Shown here: positions 59,354 to 64,000 of the stretch, in pieces
How positions within the stretch are numbered: position 1 is the stretch's first letter
Layout of the letters: every line of letters begins with the position of its first letter
Assembly (NCBI GenBank): GCA_964361785.1
Contig: CAYIBX010000001.1
Coordinates: 5,857 to 69,856 of the forward strand
Source: an uncultured Gammaproteobacteria bacterium
Lineage (GTDB): Bacteria > Patescibacteriota > Microgenomatia > UBA10105 > UBA927
Length of the DNA: 64,000 nucleotides
Reading direction: 5' to 3'
Position numbers and translations under genes: made by a program
Notes under the pieces: model-generated
Databases searched by the model: none
Told to the model about the DNA's origin: nothing
The model's input: only the letters and a program-made list of their open reading frames with translations

Positions 59354-60484
59354 ATGATACTCTCAATTGATGGTTATGAAGCAAATAGTGGGAACAGAGT
59401 AGGGGTTGGGCGATTTGCCTATGAAATGCTCATTGGTATAGAACGAAAGCTCAAGCATGGGGATAGCCAATTTACCAAGGCGCGCGTGTATATGCCGGAT
59501 AAACCAACTGATGACCTGCCTTCTGCTTCTGCTGTATGGGAATATAGTGTGGGTAAACCCAAAAAGCTGTGGACTTTTATTGGTCTTCCATGGCTGTTGT
59601 ACCGCGATGCGCCGATTGCAGATGTCGTATTTTCTCCCACCCATTATATCCCCCGGTTTACAAATATTCCACGCGTGTGTGCCATTATGGACGTGTCGTA
59701 TCTTCATTATCCTGAGATGTTTGACACGTTGGATCTTTATCAATTGACCAAATGGACAGAGTATTCCGTTCGACATGCTAAAAAGGTGATTACGATCAGT
59801 GAATACTCCAAACATGCTATAATGGAAGCCTACAGCATAGCCTCGGAACGCATTGTAGTCGTGTATCCGGGGATGAGTATGAGTCTTTTGGAACAAAAGC
59901 CGCAGAAATCATCACACCTTACGCGTTTTGGTATACGCGCGCCGTATATTCTATCCGTTGGCACCTTGCAGCCGCGAAAAAACTTCGTGCGCCTTATCGA
60001 GGCTTTTTCTCTTTTGGAAGACAAGAATATAGCACTTGTTATCGTAGGCAAAAAGGGTTGGATGTATGAGGAGATTCTTGCAGCCCCCAGTGCGTATGAG
60101 GTAAAAGATCGGGTTAAAATATTGGATTTTGTGACTGATGACGATCTTTCGACTCTGTATACTCATGCGCAGTGTTTTGTCCTTCCGAGTTTATATGAAG
60201 GATTTGGGCTGCCGGTTCTTGAGGCTATGGCGCATGAATGTTCGATAGTGGTCAGTAATGTTTCTAGTGTGCCTGAGATTTCAGGGGACGCGGCTATCTA
60301 TGTGGATCCTTTGAGTGTGTCAAGTATTTGTGAGGGTATCACGAAAGCGCTTTTTGAACATGGGACGAGTCAAGAGAAAGAAAGACTTGCAATTGGAAAG
60401 AAACGAGTGTCGCTTTTTTCTTGGGATACGGCTGCAAAACAAGTAGTATCAATCTTAGAGGAAGTAGGGAAAAAATCGAAATAA
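59354..60484 (+). CDS. GT4 glycosyltransferase (MtfB-like)
   Basis: IDG.EAN..RVGVG, FSPTHY.P, VGTLQPRKN, PSLYEGFGLPVLEAM, FSW. Confidence 0.9.
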   Translation: MILSIDGYEANSGNRVGVGRFAYEMLIGIERKLKHGDSQFTKARVYMPDKPTDDLPSASAVWEYSVGKPKKLWTFIGLPWLLYRDAPIADVVFSPTHYIPRFTNIPRVCAIMDVSYLHYPEMFDTLDLYQLTKWTEYSVRHAKKVITISEYSKHAIMEAYSIASERIVVVYPGMSMSLLEQKPQKSSHLTRFGIRAPYILSVGTLQPRKNFVRLIEAFSLLEDKNIALVIVGKKGWMYEEILAAPSAYEVKDRVKILDFVTDDDLSTLYTHAQCFVLPSLYEGFGLPVLEAMAHECSIVVSNVSSVPEISGDAAIYVDPLSVSSICEGITKALFEHGTSQEKERLAIGKKRVSLFSWDTAAKQVVSILEEVGKKSK

Positions 60485-60490
60485 CATACT

Positions 60491-61090
60491 ATGAGAGCAA
60501 TTATTGATTTTTGGGTCTATTTAGCAACGCTCACTGGGTTTATCCCAAGTCATACGATTCGATTGTTTTTGTATCGCTATGTTTTTCGCGTCGCAATTGG
60601 CAGTGATTCATCCATCCATTGGTTAGCCCGGTTTAATAATCCAGCTGGGATTTTTATCGGACATAACACGATCATTGGCAATGACGCATTTCTTGATGGG
60701 AGGCATAAACGGGTATGGAGAACGGGAGAAAATAAAACGTTTGGATACCTTCGATCGTTGTTTTCAAATGAGCAGAGGCCGCTTCAGATTGGAAATAATG
60801 TATCTATAGCCGGTGAAGTACGGATATTTACTATGGAACACGACATAGAAAGTGAAGAATTTACAGAAATTGGTGGTTTAGTTGTAATAGAGGATTATGT
60901 GGTAATTGGTACTCGAGTGACCATACTTCCCAGTGTTACCATAGGAAAAGGCGCAGTGATAGCAAGTGGGGCAGTAGTAACTAAAGATGTCCCCGCCTAC
61001 ACTGTGGTTGGTGGTGTACCTGCCAAATACATTAAAGATAGGACAAAAAATTTACATTACACGTTACAATTTGCAAGGTTGTTTCAATAA
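60491..61090 (+). CDS. Hexapeptide (LbH) O-acetyltransferase
   Basis: [48 protein letters not shown]....GGVPAK. Confidence 0.88.
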   Translation: MRAIIDFWVYLATLTGFIPSHTIRLFLYRYVFRVAIGSDSSIHWLARFNNPAGIFIGHNTIIGNDAFLDGRHKRVWRTGENKTFGYLRSLFSNEQRPLQIGNNVSIAGEVRIFTMEHDIESEEFTEIGGLVVIEDYVVIGTRVTILPSVTIGKGAVIASGAVVTKDVPAYTVVGGVPAKYIKDRTKNLHYTLQFARLFQ

Positions 61091-61105
61091 CTCTTCCCTC
61101 TATAT

Positions 61106-61972
61106 ATGGATTTATCAATTATTATCGTTAGTTATAATACAGTGAAGTTGACACACGATTGTGTTGCATCTTTGTATCGGAGCCTTGATCACGCTGCATT
61201 TAAATTTGAAATTATCGTCGTTGACAACGTATCTACCGATGGAACGCGACAAATGATTGGTAAAAAGTTTCCGAAAGTGAGGCTCATCAATAACCGTGAG
61301 AATGTTGGATTTGGGAGAGCGAATAATCAAGGAATACGTGCGTCAAAAGGGGAGTATATCCTTCTTCTAAATTCTGATACTGTCGTACTTAATTCGTCCA
61401 TTGGTAAGCTTTACTCGTTTGCCAAACAGCATACCAATGCATTTGTCGGTGGGAAGTTGCTGAATGCTGACAGAAGTCCTCAAACTTCGTGTGGGCCATT
61501 TTTTAGTTTGCCTGTTGTATTTGCTTCGTTATTTCTTAAAAGTGACATACTCGGGATTACGCGTTGGTCACCAGAGCGCACCAGAAAGGTAGACTGGGTA
61601 TCAGGCGCGTGTATGATAGCACCTAAAAAACTGTTTATGAACGATTTGCTGTTTGATGAACAAATCTTTATGTATATGGAGGAGATAGATCTTTTGTATC
61701 GGGCTAGAAAAAAAGGATACTCGACGTATTTTTACCATCGAGCGCTCATTGTTCATCTTGGGGCAGGAAGCTCACAAAATAAGAGAAAAGGGCCAGTGTT
61801 AAATATTTATCGCGGATTATTAACGTTTTATGGTAAATATAAGCCTGAGTGGCAGCTTTCACTGTTGAAAACTTTGTTAAAAACTAAAGCACTTATTGCT
61901 ATCTTGATCTCTGTTATGATGGGAAGAGCGCAGCTTAAAGAAACGTATGCAGAAGCTTACAAACTGGTGTAA
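61106..61972 (+). CDS. GT2 glycosyltransferase (WbbL/rhamnosyltransferase-like)
   Basis: LSIIIVSYN, VVDN.S.DG, N.GFGRANN, LLLNSDT, VDWVSGACM, FDE..FMYMEE.DL. Confidence 0.9.
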   Translation: MDLSIIIVSYNTVKLTHDCVASLYRSLDHAAFKFEIIVVDNVSTDGTRQMIGKKFPKVRLINNRENVGFGRANNQGIRASKGEYILLLNSDTVVLNSSIGKLYSFAKQHTNAFVGGKLLNADRSPQTSCGPFFSLPVVFASLFLKSDILGITRWSPERTRKVDWVSGACMIAPKKLFMNDLLFDEQIFMYMEEIDLLYRARKKGYSTYFYHRALIVHLGAGSSQNKRKGPVLNIYRGLLTFYGKYKPEWQLSLLKTLLKTKALIAILISVMMGRAQLKETYAEAYKLV

Positions 61973-64000
61973 AAATAAGTGGTTACTGCTCTCCACCTGT
62001 TTTTTGTTGGTGTTTATACCGCTTTATCCTAAATTGCCACTTCTTGACGTGGTGCAAACATGGGTTTATATTCGATTGGAAGATTTTTTGGTGGCTATTG
62101 TTTTAAGTGCCGTAGGACTATTGGCATGGAAGCGAAAAATAGACCTCAACACTCCGCTTACCATACCGATTATTATCTATTGGATGGTCGGATTATTATC
62201 ACTATTTGTTGCGATGATTTTTGTCCGAAATCCAGATTTTATTCCACATTTAGCGTTTTTGCATCTTTTTCGCAGAGTAGAGTATATGGGCATGTTTTTT
62301 GTCGGATACTATGCAGTGCGCAGGAATCCCAAAGCATTGTCTATGTTTTTATGGTCACTTACTATAGCAACGACGATTGTGATTATATATGGTATTGGTC
62401 AGAAATTTAGCGGCTGGCCGGCATTCCTTACCATGAATGAAGAGTTTGCCAAAGGGGTGCCGTTACGACTCCCGCCCACAGCCCGTATAGCATCGACCTT
62501 TGGAGGACATTACGATTTGGCCGCGTATTTAGTGCTTCTGATTCCTCTATTTGGAAGTTTTGTGTTTTCTCTAAAAAAGATCTGGCAAAAGCTTGTCATG
62601 CTTCTGGTAGCCACTGGGTCATTGATACTCCTTCTTTTTACGGCGTCGCGTGTGTCATTTGGCGTGTATTTGGTTTCCATAGTTACTATGTTGTGGTGGA
62701 AAAATAAAAAGATTTGGATTATCCCAGTAGTTGTGGTGAGTATGCTTCTTTTGAATTCTGTATCAACTGCATCTGATCGTTTTTATAAAACAATTCGATT
62801 TTCAGATGTGATCATCGATCTTTCTACTGGTCAGCCTATAGGTACACTAGAGAGTATAAATGGAGCAAATGCTGTGGTAAGTACCCAAGAAAAGCCTGAC
62901 GTGGAGTCGTTACCTACAGGAAGTGGATTTATCAGTGCACCTGCAGTCGCTTCGAAGCCTACAAAGACGTTTAAAACCATAGAAATGTTTGTAAGCACTC
63001 CACTCTCTACAGGATCAGGTGAGATCGCCACAGTATCTGGAAATTTTTTGATCCAAAAAGCATTTGTCTATGACATATCGTTTACTACAAGACTTCAGGG
63101 TCAGTGGCCGAAAGCCATGAATGCGTTTAAGAGAAATATGTTTTTAGGCAGTGGTTACTCAAGCCTCTCTGTCGCGGCAGATTCAGATTATATGCGCATG
63201 CTTGGCGAAACGGGTGTTATTGGTGCGATTGCTTTCTTGGGCATATTTGTAACACTTTTTTTCTTGTATAGGAAACAAAGACCATTTCTTTCTCCCCATG
63301 AAGATGCCTTTGTGACAGGCTTGTCTGCGGGTATCGTAGGGTTATTTTTGAACGCGACACTTATAGATGTGTTTGAAGCATCAAAAGTAGCCTTTACACT
63401 GTGGCCCCTCATTGGTGCGATGGTCGCCGTTTTATCAGTTCGGCCGTGGCGCGAGTCATATCCTAAGCTCCTTATATCTGTCTTTACCAGTCAATTTGCC
63501 ATAATTGTGTATATCGTATGTGCGGTGTTTTTGACATTTAGAGAAAGTATCAATCTCTATTTTGTCGGAGATGATTTCACTTGGCTCAAGTGGGCTGCGT
63601 CTACGACCATGTCTGATTTGCCGAAGTTTTTTGTCGACGCGAGTGGATTTTTTTATAGACCTATAGCAAAAATTGTATATTTTGTCCTCTACAGCCTGTT
63701 TTGGTTAAAGCCGTGGGGATATCATATGGTGCTTATAGGATTTTTTGCGATCATTGCTATCTTTGTGTATCTATTGCAGCGAGGGATGCGCATACGCAAA
63801 AGCATAGCGTTTACAACCACAATGTTATTTGTTGTTTTGTCAGTTCATCATGAAAATGTCGTGTGGATTTCTGGGCTAAGTAGTGTACTTTCTACTATGT
63901 TTCTTGTGATTTCGCTTTGGGCGTGTATGAAGCTAGTAAAGGATCGTAAAGCAATTGGGTTGCAGATTATCTCCGTTTCGTTTCTTTCCCTGTTGTCAGC
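61947..64000 (+). CDS. O-antigen-ligase-like (Wzy_C) membrane protein fused to a TMTC-like GT-C domain; runs off the window
   Basis: Not in the ORF track; hand translation from ATG 61947 is open to the end: FIPLYPKLP..IRLEDF, STFGGHYDLAAYL, FTASR, LGSGYS, DSDYMRMLGETG, then FVGDDF, FYRP, GYH, HHENVVWIS. Confidence 0.8.
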   Translation, partial: MQKLTNWCKNKWLLLSTCFLLVFIPLYPKLPLLDVVQTWVYIRLEDFLVAIVLSAVGLLAWKRKIDLNTPLTIPIIIYWMVGLLSLFVAMIFVRNPDFIPHLAFLHLFRRVEYMGMFFVGYYAVRRNPKALSMFLWSLTIATTIVIIYGIGQKFSGWPAFLTMNEEFAKGVPLRLPPTARIASTFGGHYDLAAYLVLLIPLFGSFVFSLKKIWQKLVMLLVATGSLILLLFTASRVSFGVYLVSIVTMLWWKNKKIWIIPVVVVSMLLLNSVSTASDRFYKTIRFSDVIIDLSTGQPIGTLESINGANAVVSTQEKPDVESLPTGSGFISAPAVASKPTKTFKTIEMFVSTPLSTGSGEIATVSGNFLIQKAFVYDISFTTRLQGQWPKAMNAFKRNMFLGSGYSSLSVAADSDYMRMLGETGVIGAIAFLGIFVTLFFLYRKQRPFLSPHEDAFVTGLSAGIVGLFLNATLIDVFEASKVAFTLWPLIGAMVAVLSVRPWRESYPKLLISVFTSQFAIIVYIVCAVFLTFRESINLYFVGDDFTWLKWAASTTMSDLPKFFVDASGFFYRPIAKIVYFVLYSLFWLKPWGYHMVLIGFFAIIAIFVYLLQRGMRIRKSIAFTTTMLFVVLSVHHENVVWISGLSSVLSTMFLVISLWACMKLVKDRKAIGLQIISVSFLSLLS

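Noticed and set aside
62060-62410. 116-aa ORF from the track
   Set aside because: Out-of-frame within the long open ligase-like CDS starting at 61947
7-63412. Numerous 60-180 aa ORFs antisense or out-of-frame to the main genes
   Set aside because: They are nested in well-supported CDSs and show no recognisable motifs; shadow ORFs

Overview
The window lies entirely within one very large (>64 kb, open at both ends) cell-surface glycosylation locus, almost all on the + strand with tightly overlapping genes. The protein families and gene organisation suggest a Patescibacteria/CPR (Microgenomates-like) genome using genetic code 11; this taxonomy is my inference. It encodes about 12 polytopic GT-C-fold membrane glycosyltransferases (three tandem ArnT/PMT-like paralogues, two YfhO/PTPS-related, three large AftD-like, and an O-antigen-ligase-like/TMTC-like fusion at the right edge). 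It also encodes 6 GT2, 7 GT4 (one N-domain only), a Wzx-like flippase, 9 extended-SDR sugar enzymes, 5 SAM methyltransferases and an O-acetyltransferase. The central block makes rare sugars: two RfbF, RfbG-like, RfbH/E1, ColD-like, two RfbE-like and a YerE-like ThDP enzyme flanked by DJ-1/PfpI, cupin, D-2-hydroxyacid dehydrogenase and HAD genes. Non-glycan passengers are an AAA+/DUF4143 ATPase, an MntA-HepT toxin-antitoxin pair, a nonsense-split HD-like gene and a DUF4325-like remnant. The most unusual signals are: (i) short GC-rich palindromic insertions of 33, 54 (33+21 nested) and 39 nt that sit in-frame inside coding sequences; (ii) a TA module bracketed by a duplicated promoter plus gene 5' end; (iii) a DUF5667-like domain found both free and fused inside a GT-C enzyme; (iv) several apparently leaderless promoters. 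All family assignments come from motif recognition by eye, not database searches. No rRNA, tRNA or CRISPR was seen.
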